Source: Vulcanimicrobiota bacterium (GTDB taxonomy: Bacteria > Vulcanimicrobiota > Xenobia > Xenobiales > JADMJV01). Taken from it: a DNA stretch of 64,000 nucleotides. The notes below the pieces were generated by a model. That model worked only from the letters and a program-made list of their open reading frames with translations, had not been told where the DNA came from and ran no database searches. Shown here in pieces: positions 1 to 9,085 of the stretch (its first letter is position 1; every line of letters begins with the position of its first letter). Both the position numbers and the translations under genes were made by a program. Location: positions 1,480,008 to 1,544,007 of the forward strand of contig JBFWNU010000001.1 in assembly GCA_050250895.1 (NCBI GenBank), given 5' to 3'.

Positions 1-102
1 TGGACGGCCCTGCCATTTAATCACGCCATCTGGCATCTTTTCGTGATGGCGGGCAGCATCTGCCACTATTTCTCTCTGCTTTTCTCGGTGGCTCCCTGGT
101 AG
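1..102 (+). CDS. Hemolysin III / PAQR family membrane protein, C-terminal fragment
   Basis: Frame 1 reads WTALPFNHAIWHLFVMAGSICHYFSLLFSVAPW*; HAIWHLFV...GS.CH is the HlyIII C-terminal motif; 5' end lies outside the window. Confidence 0.85.
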   Translation, partial: WTALPFNHAIWHLFVMAGSICHYFSLLFSVAPW

Positions 103-232
103 TTTTCAGAGATCTTTTGGGCTGGCTCGGTATGGTGTGGGTGGAGGTTGGAGCAGATGCACGCACACGAAACCACGGACCTGGTAGAACTTTCCGAAGA
201 GGCTCTCGAAGAAGAGCCCTGGGTCGAGGCGA

Positions 233-1051
233 TTACACTGGACTGGCTGTCCTGACCTCGGGGGGCAACCACGACCCCATCCGGCGGGTCCACTCGTCGA
301 CGGCCCGCACCAGGCGCGGCTGTCTCCCCGACTGATAACTGAACCCGAATTTTAGATAAGAACCCGCATAGGCCAACAGTGTGAGCGGGTTCGGGTGCAG
401 CCGAAAGGCGCGCCAGGCCGAAGGCGAGAGTTTGACCAGGGTGTTCACCACCAATCTCAGGGAGGGACAGACCAGAGTTCGTCCCTCCTGACGGTCCTCG
501 GCCAGATCGACCAATTTGTCCCCTACGTTTCCAATCTCTCCGGTGCGAGTGAGAAATTCCTTGAGGGCGAGCGGCAGTTCAGGCAGCAGGACCAGTAGCA
601 ATCTGATGGTGTGCCCGGCTTCTTCAAGAGCCCGGTTGATGTAGCCCGACGGATCTTCTTCGAGGCGCAGCCTTTCACCCATTTCCATGAGCGCTTCGAC
701 CGAACTCGCGAACGCTTCGCTCGCCCGCCGCCGCCGGGCCACCCGGCCGATAGCTTCGAGAGTGGATCTAAACTCTGGTTTACGCTGGGAAAACCCATCG
801 GCCTGGCCGTGGCGAAGATAGTCCACGATGAGTCGACCTGTTTGTTGGCGAGCGGATAGCTCGGTCTGGCTGTCGATGGCGTCGTCCATGTGGTCCATGG
901 CCAGGGCCAGGATATAGGCATCGAGAGCCTCGGTGAGAGTGAGGGGATAGCCGAAGTCGGCGGCCAGAGCAGGCAGGTCCAGAGCCAGCTTGGAATACTC
1001 GGCGCGCATCTCGACGTCGGGGATGAAATGGCTCACCCAGGGCGATTCCAC
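233..1051 (-). CDS. Hypothetical protein, possible class I isoprenoid synthase-like fold
   Basis: 272-aa helical ORF with Asp-rich MDHMDDAID and GNVGDKLVDLAEDRQEG motifs. Confidence 0.45.
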   Translation of the reverse strand: MESPWVSHFIPDVEMRAEYSKLALDLPALAADFGYPLTLTEALDAYILALAMDHMDDAIDSQTELSARQQTGRLIVDYLRHGQADGFSQRKPEFRSTLEAIGRVARRRRASEAFASSVEALMEMGERLRLEEDPSGYINRALEEAGHTIRLLLVLLPELPLALKEFLTRTGEIGNVGDKLVDLAEDRQEGRTLVCPSLRLVVNTLVKLSPSAWRAFRLHPNPLTLLAYAGSYLKFGFSYQSGRQPRLVRAVDEWTRRMGSWLPPEVRTASPV

Positions 1052-1109
1052 ATCTCCGGATGAGTGCCTCTTCAGAGGAACCTCTCGCTAGCTTCCGGAA
1101 CTGATAGGG

Positions 1110-1856
1110 ATGTTCAAAGCCTTGCTAGCCGGCCTTCGTGCTCTGGTGGAAGGCCGGGGGGACCAGGACTGGGACTTTCTCGAGCGTCGCGAGCTGATTC
1201 GTATCCGCTGTCATTATGACGTCGAGTTTCAGGTCAAAGGCAAGAAGCACAAGGGCTCGGTCGTGGATATGGGCATGCAGGGAATGAAACTGCGCTGTTT
1301 TGCTCCGCTCAAGAAGGGTGAAGAAGTCAGCGTAACTTATCCCATCGAGATTCTCGACGCCGCTCATCAGACCATCCGCTGCAAGGTACTGTGGGTGCGC
1401 AAACGCGACCGGGACTTCGTGACCTTCGCAGGGCTGGGCTACAACGAAGACGATCAGGTCATGAGTAAGTCATGGGTCAAGAGCTTGCTCAAGCAGCTCG
1501 GCTTCGGCAACAACCGCATTTTTCAAAAGCGTAAGGCCGTGCGCGCCGAGTGCTTCATCCCGGTCGAGGCGGTCTATGGCCACGGCAAGGTCAGCGAAGG
1601 ACGGATCTACAACCTGGGAGTCGGGGGCGCCCTGGTCGAGGCGCCCAAAGACTTTGGTCAGGGGAACATGGTCGAGTTGCGGATTGGCCCCTTCGAAGAA
1701 CTCGAGCAGTTCAGCATCACCGGCACCGTGATCGTGTCGCGCCGACAGGGTGGTCTCTATCTGCAGGGTGTTCAGTTTGGCGAACTCAAAGAGCGAACCG
1801 TCCATGGGCTGGGTCGTTATCTGATTCACCTGCTCAACAACCACTGGTGCGATTGA
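1110..1856 (+). CDS. Tandem PilZ domain protein
   Basis: RRELIR...DMGMQG and RKAVR...NLGVGG match the RxxxR and (D/N)xSxxG-like motifs twice. Confidence 0.85.
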   Translation: MFKALLAGLRALVEGRGDQDWDFLERRELIRIRCHYDVEFQVKGKKHKGSVVDMGMQGMKLRCFAPLKKGEEVSVTYPIEILDAAHQTIRCKVLWVRKRDRDFVTFAGLGYNEDDQVMSKSWVKSLLKQLGFGNNRIFQKRKAVRAECFIPVEAVYGHGKVSEGRIYNLGVGGALVEAPKDFGQGNMVELRIGPFEELEQFSITGTVIVSRRQGGLYLQGVQFGELKERTVHGLGRYLIHLLNNHWCD

Positions 1857-2032
1857 CCACCGAGCACTTTTTCGTCTGCCCCCACTGCTGGCAGCGTATC
1901 TCGATGGTGCTCGATCTCGGTCAATCACAAAGCTACGTCGAGGATTGTGAGGTTTGCTGCAATCCGCTGCAGATCACCTATCGGGCCTACGAGGGCGTGC
2001 TCGAGGAATTTTCGGCCGACCCTGCTCAGTGA
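1853..2032 (+). CDS. CPXCG-type small cysteine-rich protein
   Basis: TTG start overlaps the upstream TGA; CPHC...QSYVEDCEVCCNP signature. Confidence 0.85.
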   Translation: MTTEHFFVCPHCWQRISMVLDLGQSQSYVEDCEVCCNPLQITYRAYEGVLEEFSADPAQ

Positions 2033-2116
2033 GTATCCGCTGGGATAGCCGCCCTTTACTCCAGGCGCGTCGTGATCTCACAGGGTCGCACCGCTAGGTT
2101 AGGAGTGGAGGCTGCG

Positions 2117-2605
2117 ATGCGAATTCTTGAGAAGCTTGACGAGAAGTGCTTGAAACGTCTCGGCGACGAGGCCAACACCAGTGCCAGGCTGGCTGCGCGG
2201 GTGGCCGAATTGGCTGTGCCGATGATGCTGGGTGCGGCCAGGGCCCACCGCGAGTTGCCCCGCCTGGTGGATATGGTCACTCGCGAGTATGGGCAGTTGC
2301 GCTCTAATCTGGCCGGTTACTTCAGCAGCGGCTGGGCCCACTTCAGCAACCGTCAACACGGACCTGACCTCGGCCTGGTGGGCATGCTGTTCGGAAACCA
2401 CGGGGCTCAGGCGGCCGAGTTGGTGGCGGCCCAAACCGGACTGGCCCCCGTCCAGGTGATGCGGATGATGGGACTGCTGGCTCCGGTCGTCATCAGTCAC
2501 CTCGAGGTGGAAGCTCCCGATGAGGACTCACCTCTAGCCCGCGCTGCCGGAGAGCTGGTTGCCCATGGTAACGCCCGGCCCCTGGAAGAAGCCCTTTCTA
2601 CTTAG
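2117..2605 (+). CDS. DUF937-like helical protein
   Basis: GGAGG RBS before ATG 2117; GMLFGN...AAQTGL...MMGLLAPVVISHL resembles DUF937. Confidence 0.6.
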   Translation: MRILEKLDEKCLKRLGDEANTSARLAARVAELAVPMMLGAARAHRELPRLVDMVTREYGQLRSNLAGYFSSGWAHFSNRQHGPDLGLVGMLFGNHGAQAAELVAAQTGLAPVQVMRMMGLLAPVVISHLEVEAPDEDSPLARAAGELVAHGNARPLEEALST

Positions 2606-2614
2606 CCTGGACGT

Positions 2615-2637
2615 TCTGGCTCCGGACCGGAGCCAGA
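2615..2637. repeat. Perfect 11-bp inverted repeat
   Basis: tctggctccgg-a-ccggagccaga, with no U-tract. Confidence 0.6.
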
Positions 2638-2686
2638 CGGGTAGGGCCTGAAGGCGAGCGCGGGATTTTGTAAAACCTTACCGTTA

Positions 2687-4549
2687 ATGCTGGCTGCCGG
2701 CGCGGTGCTCGAGGACCGCTATCAAATCGAGAGAAAACTGGGGGAGGGCGGGATGGGCTGCGTCTATCTGGCCACTCATCTGCGTCTCAAGAAGCAGTTT
2801 GCGGTCAAGTCGCTGCTGGTGCTCTCCGACGACCCTGTCGAGCAGCGCCAGTATCTCGAGCAGTTCGAGGCCGAAGCCCAGATGCTGGCCAGCCTCGAGC
2901 ACCCCTCCTTGGCCGGGGTTAGCGATTTCTTCGAAGCCGACGGGGTCCATTATCTGGTGATGGAGTTCATCGACGGCAAGACCCTTACCAAAGTGGTGGA
3001 GCTGGCGCCCAAGAACATTTCTCAGCGCCGGGTCTTGCAATGGACCAACGAGCTGCTCGATGTGCTCGAGTATCTGCACGGCAGCAATCCTCCTGTGATC
3101 GTGCGCGATCTCAAACCCGACAACATCATGCTCAATCGCGACGGCAACCTCAAGCTGATCGACTTCGGTATCGCCAAGCAGTTGAGCCCGGGCAAGCAGA
3201 CCCGGGCTATCGTCAAGGGAATGGGTACAGCCGAGTATGCTCCCCTCGAGCAGTATGGCCAGGGCTCTACCGACCAGCGCTCGGACATCTACGCCCTGGG
3301 GGCCACTCTCTACTTTTTGCTCACCGGCCAGCCGCCTCCGCCCGCCTGGAAGCGAGCCAGCGAGGGGGTAGCCGTGCCCGACCCGCGACCCCTCAACCCC
3401 ACCGTGACCGATGTGTTCTGGCGGGCCCTGCAGGCCATGCTCGAACTTTCTCGCGACAATCGGCCTGCCAATGTGCAAGCGGTGCGGGCTTTGTTGGCCG
3501 GTCACGGCATCGCCAGAACTCCGCCTCCACCGCAGCCGACCAGCAGCTACGGTTTGCCGGCCTCGCAGCTCGCCCAGCCCAAGACCAAGGTCGAGCCGGT
3601 GGTGCGGGTCAACTCCAAGACCCTCAATCTTCGTTTGACCAGTGGCGAAAAGCTGCAGCGCTATGCCGCTCCCATCCACAGCCTGGCCTTCTCGCCCACT
3701 CACGGGGTGTTGGCGGTGGGCTCCACCTTCGTCCACCTCTGGGATCTGGCCAGCCGCAAGTTGTGGCAGAAAGTGTGGAGGGGCACCGGCTCGTACAATT
3801 GCACGGTGGCCTTTTCGTCCGACGGCCGCTGGTTGGCGGTCGGGTCCCACGACGCCACCGTGCGCATCTTCGAGGTTCGCACCGGCAAGATGCTACGGAC
3901 CCTGGCTTTGCGCAAGGTCGCCTTTATCACCGATAAGGTGCGTGATGTGGGCTTCGCCTACGGTTCCAGGCTGGTGGGGGCAGTGTCGGACCTTTCCAAT
4001 CTCAGGGTCTGGGATTCAACCAACGGTCGCGAGCGCTATCAGAAGGCCTGGCACACTACCGGGCTCTTGTCGCATTTTCAGGCCAAGTCGACCTCGCTAG
4101 CGTTCTCTTCGGCCAATCACCTGGGCGTGGGGGGATCCGACGGCACCATCACTTTGTACGAGGCCAGCTCAGGCGAGCGCCTCGAACGCATCGAGGGTCA
4201 TAGCGACGAGGTCTCGGCCCTGGCTTTTTCCAAGGACGGCACCTTTCTGGCCAGCTCGTCGATGGATGGCTCGGCGGCTCTTTGGAAGATCCCCGAATTG
4301 ACCGAGTTGCGTCGCTTTTCACACCCTTCGATCGTCTATTCGGTCTGCTTTTCCCACGACGGGCGGTTGTTGGCTACCGGCGCCGGCGATTGCGCCATCC
4401 GTCTTTGGGACGTGGCCCTGGGCACCGAAGTGCACCAGATTCGTGAGCACACGGGGGCGGTCTTTGCGGTGGCCTTTTCCTCGGTGCGAGGCTTTTTGGC
4501 CAGCGGCTCCAACGATCGCACCGTGCGACTGTGGAATCTCAGTTGGTAA
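2687..4549 (+). CDS. Hanks-type Ser/Thr protein kinase with C-terminal WD40 repeats
   Basis: GEGGMG, AVK, RDLKPDN, DFG, APLE kinase motifs, then repeated GS.D.TVRLW WD40 units. Confidence 0.95.
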   Translation: MLAAGAVLEDRYQIERKLGEGGMGCVYLATHLRLKKQFAVKSLLVLSDDPVEQRQYLEQFEAEAQMLASLEHPSLAGVSDFFEADGVHYLVMEFIDGKTLTKVVELAPKNISQRRVLQWTNELLDVLEYLHGSNPPVIVRDLKPDNIMLNRDGNLKLIDFGIAKQLSPGKQTRAIVKGMGTAEYAPLEQYGQGSTDQRSDIYALGATLYFLLTGQPPPPAWKRASEGVAVPDPRPLNPTVTDVFWRALQAMLELSRDNRPANVQAVRALLAGHGIARTPPPPQPTSSYGLPASQLAQPKTKVEPVVRVNSKTLNLRLTSGEKLQRYAAPIHSLAFSPTHGVLAVGSTFVHLWDLASRKLWQKVWRGTGSYNCTVAFSSDGRWLAVGSHDATVRIFEVRTGKMLRTLALRKVAFITDKVRDVGFAYGSRLVGAVSDLSNLRVWDSTNGRERYQKAWHTTGLLSHFQAKSTSLAFSSANHLGVGGSDGTITLYEASSGERLERIEGHSDEVSALAFSKDGTFLASSSMDGSAALWKIPELTELRRFSHPSIVYSVCFSHDGRLLATGAGDCAIRLWDVALGTEVHQIREHTGAVFAVAFSSVRGFLASGSNDRTVRLWNLSW

Positions 4550-5681
4550 GCAGTCGCTCGCCCTGCAAGTAACAGCGCTTGGCTCCGGACGGGTCGAACA
4601 CGTAGACGCCGTCGCGCGAACCTATCGAGGTGCAGACGAGTTCGGGGTCGCCCTCCATGAGCAGAAAGCTATCCTGGTTGAGGCCGACACAGGTCCGGTT
4701 TTGAAAGCGATGGGCCAGATAGCTGAGGTTGTTGGGGTCGTCGGTCTGGATGCGATCCATGCAGTGGGGAAACAGTTGCAGGTGGCGCACCAGCCCGAAG
4801 CCGCGGTCGAAAAGTTGAAACTCGCGACTGGATTCGAAGTCGTTGTAGATGATGATGCGCTCGCACAGCAGCAGCGAGCCGGCCGAAACGCTCAAAAAGG
4901 TGGTGCCCAGGCGCAGGGCCTCCATCAGGGGCTCGCGCAGGCGGAAGAAGTTGAGGCAGCGATGGAGTTCGGCCAGATTGCCGCCGAAAAGAAAGAGCGA
5001 GTTGGCACTCAGGATGCGGTCGGCCAGGTCGCCCCGCAGGCGAAGCCAGGTAGGGTTGTAGTGCAGCCCTGTTCCGTCCACGAATTGCTCGTCGAGCTCT
5101 GAAAGCAGGCGCACCATGCGATCGTCGTTGGCCACCAGGCGGTCGATGGTGTCGCGGATGTCTTCTTCGAGAAAGGTCGAGAGCAGGCGCGAGCCGTCAA
5201 AACGCGCCGGCGAGTGACGCAGGGTGCCGGTAACGTCGGCCATGACGCGGGCCAGGCTGCGGCCGGGATTGCGCTCCTTTAACTCGGCGATGGTACGGCG
5301 AAGCTGGCCAGTGTAGAAATTGTTCTTCTCTAGATAGAGGTCGCGTCCCGACTCGATCAGGGACTCGCGCTCCGCCCAATCGGCGGCCAGGCGCGGTTCC
5401 AGGCGGCAGAATTCGCGATAAGCGTGAAAGGCCGACAGGTTCTCGATATTGCGATCGAAGCCAGCGACGAAACGGGACGGGATACCGATTTCGGTCAACG
5501 CCTTCTTGATGTGCCCCTCGTCGTGCTCACGCTCGCCCCAGGCAGCCGTAATCAGCAAGACCTTGCGAGAGTCGGCTATCCTGGGGTCTTGATGGCGACT
5601 GTCGAGCAGCAGGTCGCGAGCAGCGTAGACATAGTCACGGTCGGCGCGAATGTTACCGTTGAATAGAATGCGACCACGCAT
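4539..5681 (-). CDS. Peptidase S51 / class I glutamine amidotransferase-like protein
   Basis: LITAAW, FLFGGN, SVSAGS nucleophile elbow, GFGL...LFPH; large helical insertion. Confidence 0.65.
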   Translation of the reverse strand: MRGRILFNGNIRADRDYVYAARDLLLDSRHQDPRIADSRKVLLITAAWGEREHDEGHIKKALTEIGIPSRFVAGFDRNIENLSAFHAYREFCRLEPRLAADWAERESLIESGRDLYLEKNNFYTGQLRRTIAELKERNPGRSLARVMADVTGTLRHSPARFDGSRLLSTFLEEDIRDTIDRLVANDDRMVRLLSELDEQFVDGTGLHYNPTWLRLRGDLADRILSANSLFLFGGNLAELHRCLNFFRLREPLMEALRLGTTFLSVSAGSLLLCERIIIYNDFESSREFQLFDRGFGLVRHLQLFPHCMDRIQTDDPNNLSYLAHRFQNRTCVGLNQDSFLLMEGDPELVCTSIGSRDGVYVFDPSGAKRCYLQGERLLTN

Positions 5682-5692
5682 CTTGGCTTAGC

Positions 5693-5722
5693 AAAAAGAG
5701 CCCGGGGAGTCCCGGGCTCTTT
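5693..5722 (-). terminator. Intrinsic terminator after the BI-1/YccA gene
   Basis: aaagagcccggg-gagt-cccgggctcttt hairpin with a T-run on the minus strand. Confidence 0.8.
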
Positions 5723-5739
5723 CGTCAGGCTCTCTGGAT

Positions 5740-6534
5740 TTAGTCGCGGCTGCCCAGCAGTAGCGAAAGAACCGCTTGGAAAAGGTTGAACAGGCCGGCG
5801 AACAGGCACAGGGCGGCGGCGGCCGGGTCGTCAAAATCAGGGTCGTTAGCGATCGCGCTGGTGACGTGAGCCAGGCAGACGGTTCCGAACACACCCAGGG
5901 CCGCCGAGATCAGGTTCGAGACCACACCACTGTGGAGGAAGAAGGCGTTGACCGGGATGGCCAGCACCAGGGCTCCGAAGGTGCCGGCCATGACGGCTTT
6001 CGACATCTTGAAGTCGGCCCCGCTCTGGAAGACATAGAAAGTCACGGCGCCAAACACGGTAGCTGTGACTACCATGGCGGCGTGCACCAGGTTCATGCCT
6101 TGTTCGGAATAGACCATGCCGAGAAAAATCAGCGGCGAGAGGACCAGTCCGGCTACGAAGCCGTCGAACCCGAGAGCGGGCACGGCCAGGCGCGGATTGT
6201 TGTGGGCCACCGAGAGGGCGATGCGAGGAATCACGTTGATGAGCACCAGGATGCCCAGCCAGCCCAGGCCGCCCATATTGAAGAAGAAGCGCAGGAACGA
6301 CTCGGAACTGGAGCCGAGAAACCCTCCGACCATGGCGCCAAACACGGCCACTGCGAGGTAGAGGTAGGTCTGCTGCAGCATCTTGGTGCGGCGCAGTTTG
6401 GTCTGAGGATCGTTGCGATCGTAGACCGTCGCCCCAGGATTGTAGGGTTGAACCCTCTCTTCCTGCAGCATGTCCTGGGGCGGAAGCCAGGCGCCCTGGG
6501 CGACCCCATCATGATTCTCGGTGGTGTAGTCCAT
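5740..6534 (-). CDS. Bax inhibitor-1/YccA family membrane protein
   Basis: About 7 TM segments; LQQTYLYL N-terminal and AAALCLF..LFNLF..LSLL C-terminal patterns. Confidence 0.8.
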   Translation of the reverse strand: MDYTTENHDGVAQGAWLPPQDMLQEERVQPYNPGATVYDRNDPQTKLRRTKMLQQTYLYLAVAVFGAMVGGFLGSSSESFLRFFFNMGGLGWLGILVLINVIPRIALSVAHNNPRLAVPALGFDGFVAGLVLSPLIFLGMVYSEQGMNLVHAAMVVTATVFGAVTFYVFQSGADFKMSKAVMAGTFGALVLAIPVNAFFLHSGVVSNLISAALGVFGTVCLAHVTSAIANDPDFDDPAAAALCLFAGLFNLFQAVLSLLLGSRD

Positions 6535-6641
6535 CTATCGAACCTCCTGTGTCGGAGAATTGTCTCTTTTAACCGTGTTTCCCTTTCTCATGTTCCCTAT
6601 CACTTCCAGGGCAGTCGGTCGGCCGGTAGAAGTCCCCCATT

Positions 6642-6878
6642 ATGTCTTCCCAGGAGCAGAGACGACTGCCTCTCGAGGAAGCCGCCGAGGTCTTGCGTCT
6701 GCCCGTGGTGGCCGTCCGGCGCCTGGTGGAATCGGGGGAGTTGGTCGGTGACGAGCTAGGTATCGATTGTGAGGGTCTGGCCGAGTTCATCGGCCGGCCC
6801 TTCGCGCCCAAGACGCGCAAGACGAAAGGTTGGCGGCGTCGCCAAAAGGCTCAGTCCGAAACGTCACGAAGCGCCTAG
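6642..6878 (+). CDS. Small excisionase-like HTH DNA-binding protein
   Basis: LPLEEAAEVLRLPVVAVRRLVESGEL plus a basic tail. Confidence 0.55.
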   Translation: MSSQEQRRLPLEEAAEVLRLPVVAVRRLVESGELVGDELGIDCEGLAEFIGRPFAPKTRKTKGWRRRQKAQSETSRSA

Positions 6879-6879
6879 C

Positions 6880-7986
6880 ATGCGCGCGGCGATTCTAGAC
6901 ACATTTTTCATGGAGCGGGCCCTGCAGTTGGCCGCTCGGGGCCTGGGACGCACCCGCCCCAACCCGGTGGTAGGGGCCGTCATTGTTCGCGATGACAAGA
7001 TCGTGGGTGAGGGTTGGCATCTTAAGGCTGGCGAAGCCCACGCAGAAGTGCTGGCCCTCGAAGCGGCCGGCGACAAGGCGATCGGAGCCACCCTCTACAT
7101 CAATCTCGAACCTTGCGCCCATCAGGGCCGGACCCCCCCCTGCGCCCCTGCGCTGGTCGACGCTAAGCTTGACCGGGTGGTGGTGGGCATGGTCGACCCT
7201 GATGAGCGGGTAGCCGGCAAAGGAATCGAAATTCTGCGTCAGGCCGGAGTGACTGTCTCGATGGCCGACCCCGACTCGGCCCAGCGGTGCCGAGAGATGA
7301 ACCGCTTCTATCTGCGACGCTTGCGCTCCGGACGACCCTTTCTGACTCTGAAATTTGCCTCGACCCTGGATGGAAAACTGGCCACGAAGTCGGGCCACTC
7401 GCGTTGGATCACGGGACCCGAGTCACGCCGCTGGGTGCACCGCCAGCGCGATGTGCATGACGCGATTCTGGTGGGGATCAACACCGTTCTCACCGACGAT
7501 CCCGAACTGACTGCCCGCGACCCCGAAGGACGCACCCCGGTGAAGATCGTGGTCGATTCGCTGGGGCGCCTACCGGCCAGGGCTCGCCTGTTCGACCAGT
7601 GCGAGGAAGGAGTCATCGTATTGACCACCAGTCGCGGCCAGGAACGGGCGCGCGAGCTTCCGGTCGAGGTCATCGTTTCCGACGGTCTGGATGGTCGGGT
7701 TGAATTGGGTCAGGCGTTCAAAGAGCTGGCCAATCGGGGTTTGACCAGTGTTCTGGCCGAGGGCGGTGCGACGCTGAACTATGCGCTCCTGCATGCCGGA
7801 CTCGTCGATCGTGTAGCCGCGTTTGTGGCCCCCAAGCTGGTGGGCGGGTCGGAAGCTCCCACAGCGGTAGGCGGCCTGGGGGTCGAGAGCCTCGATCAGG
7901 GCTGGGAATTACAGGATGTCGGATGGAAACTGATGGGCCACGATCTACTGGTGGAAGGGTATCTTGCCATCCCCTGGGAAGGCTAA
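6880..7986 (+). CDS. ribD: Riboflavin biosynthesis deaminase/reductase
   Basis: PNPVVGA, HAE, LEPC.H.GRTPPC, STLDG...SRWITG, EGG motifs. Confidence 0.95.
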   Translation: MRAAILDTFFMERALQLAARGLGRTRPNPVVGAVIVRDDKIVGEGWHLKAGEAHAEVLALEAAGDKAIGATLYINLEPCAHQGRTPPCAPALVDAKLDRVVVGMVDPDERVAGKGIEILRQAGVTVSMADPDSAQRCREMNRFYLRRLRSGRPFLTLKFASTLDGKLATKSGHSRWITGPESRRWVHRQRDVHDAILVGINTVLTDDPELTARDPEGRTPVKIVVDSLGRLPARARLFDQCEEGVIVLTTSRGQERARELPVEVIVSDGLDGRVELGQAFKELANRGLTSVLAEGGATLNYALLHAGLVDRVAAFVAPKLVGGSEAPTAVGGLGVESLDQGWELQDVGWKLMGHDLLVEGYLAIPWEG

Positions 7987-9085
7987 GCTGGTGCAATCGA
8001 CCGTAACTCAAAGGCTTGACAGTAACCAGGCCCTGGCCTTGACCCGCGAGGACCCTCGTGAGGTGGTGGCTGCAGCCGGAGCCCTGCGCAACCAGCTCAA
8101 GGGGCGCACTTTGACCTATTCCCCCAAGGTCTTTCTGCCGGTCACCAACCTTTGTCGGGATCGCTGTTCCTACTGCACGTTCCGCAAGAGCCCGAAGGAC
8201 CCCGGTGCTCACACCATGAGCCTGGACGAGATCCGCCAGGTCTCGGCTCGAGGGGTCCAGGCGGGATGTGTCGAGGCTTTGATGTGTCTGGGCGACCGTC
8301 CCGAGACGGCCTATCCGAGCTACGGCGAGAAGTTGCGTCTGATGGGGGCGCTCAGCACGCCGGCCTACGTGGCGATGGCCTGCCAGGTCAGTCTCGAAGA
8401 GGGTCTCTTGCCTCACACCAACGCCGGCCTGTTGACCGAGGCTGAGCTTAGACTGCTGCGTCCCCTCAACGTCAGTCTGGGGTTGATGCTCGAGAATATC
8501 AGCCCCCGGTTGCGCCAGAAAGGAATGCCCCACTCGGCCGCCCCCGACAAGGATCCGCTCCTGCGTATGCAGATGCTCGAGGCGGCCGGGCGTCTCAAGA
8601 TCCCTTTCACCACCGGCATTTTGATCGGCATCGGCGAGACCTGGGAAGAACGCATCGACAGCCTGCTGGCGATCCGAGAGTGTCACGATCGCTATGGCCA
8701 CATCCAGGAAGTGATCGTGCAGACCTTCCGGGCCAAGCCGGGCACCAGAATGGCCGAGTTCGGCCATCTTTCCGACCTGGAGTTGGCCCACACCGTGGCC
8801 ATCGCCCGCTTGATGCTTGGCCCCATGAATCTGCAAGCTCCTCCCAATCTGTCTCCTGATGGCCACCACCTGTTGATTTCGGCGGGGATCAACGATTGGG
8901 GTGGGATTTCCCCCGTGACCCAGGACTTTATCAATCCCGAGGCTCCCTGGCCCCATCTGGAAGCCCTGCGGGCTACCTGTCGAGAGGCGGGTTTTGAACT
9001 CAAGCCCCGCCTGCCGATCTATCCCGAATATATCCATCAGGAATTCGTCGACCCCGGGCTGTTGATGCGATTGGAGGCTATGTGA
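7964..9085 (+). CDS. cofG: FO synthase subunit CofG (radical SAM)
   Basis: TYSPKVFLPVTNLCRDRCSYCTF, LPHTNAG, SLGLMLE, QAPPNL, INDWGGISP. Confidence 0.93.
   Translation: MPSPGKAKLVQSTVTQRLDSNQALALTREDPREVVAAAGALRNQLKGRTLTYSPKVFLPVTNLCRDRCSYCTFRKSPKDPGAHTMSLDEIRQVSARGVQAGCVEALMCLGDRPETAYPSYGEKLRLMGALSTPAYVAMACQVSLEEGLLPHTNAGLLTEAELRLLRPLNVSLGLMLENISPRLRQKGMPHSAAPDKDPLLRMQMLEAAGRLKIPFTTGILIGIGETWEERIDSLLAIRECHDRYGHIQEVIVQTFRAKPGTRMAEFGHLSDLELAHTVAIARLMLGPMNLQAPPNLSPDGHHLLISAGINDWGGISPVTQDFINPEAPWPHLEALRATCREAGFELKPRLPIYPEYIHQEFVDPGLLMRLEAM

Noticed and set aside
2684-3850. Long antisense ORFs (also 7718-9130, 12790-14250, 31310-32458, 51688-52863)
   Set aside because: They overlap better-supported genes on the opposite strand, as expected in high-GC DNA
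6642-6878. Excisionase-like HTH genes (also 24717-25223) as prophage or ICE markers
   Set aside because: No integrase, att site, tRNA or phage genes nearby; flanked by housekeeping genes
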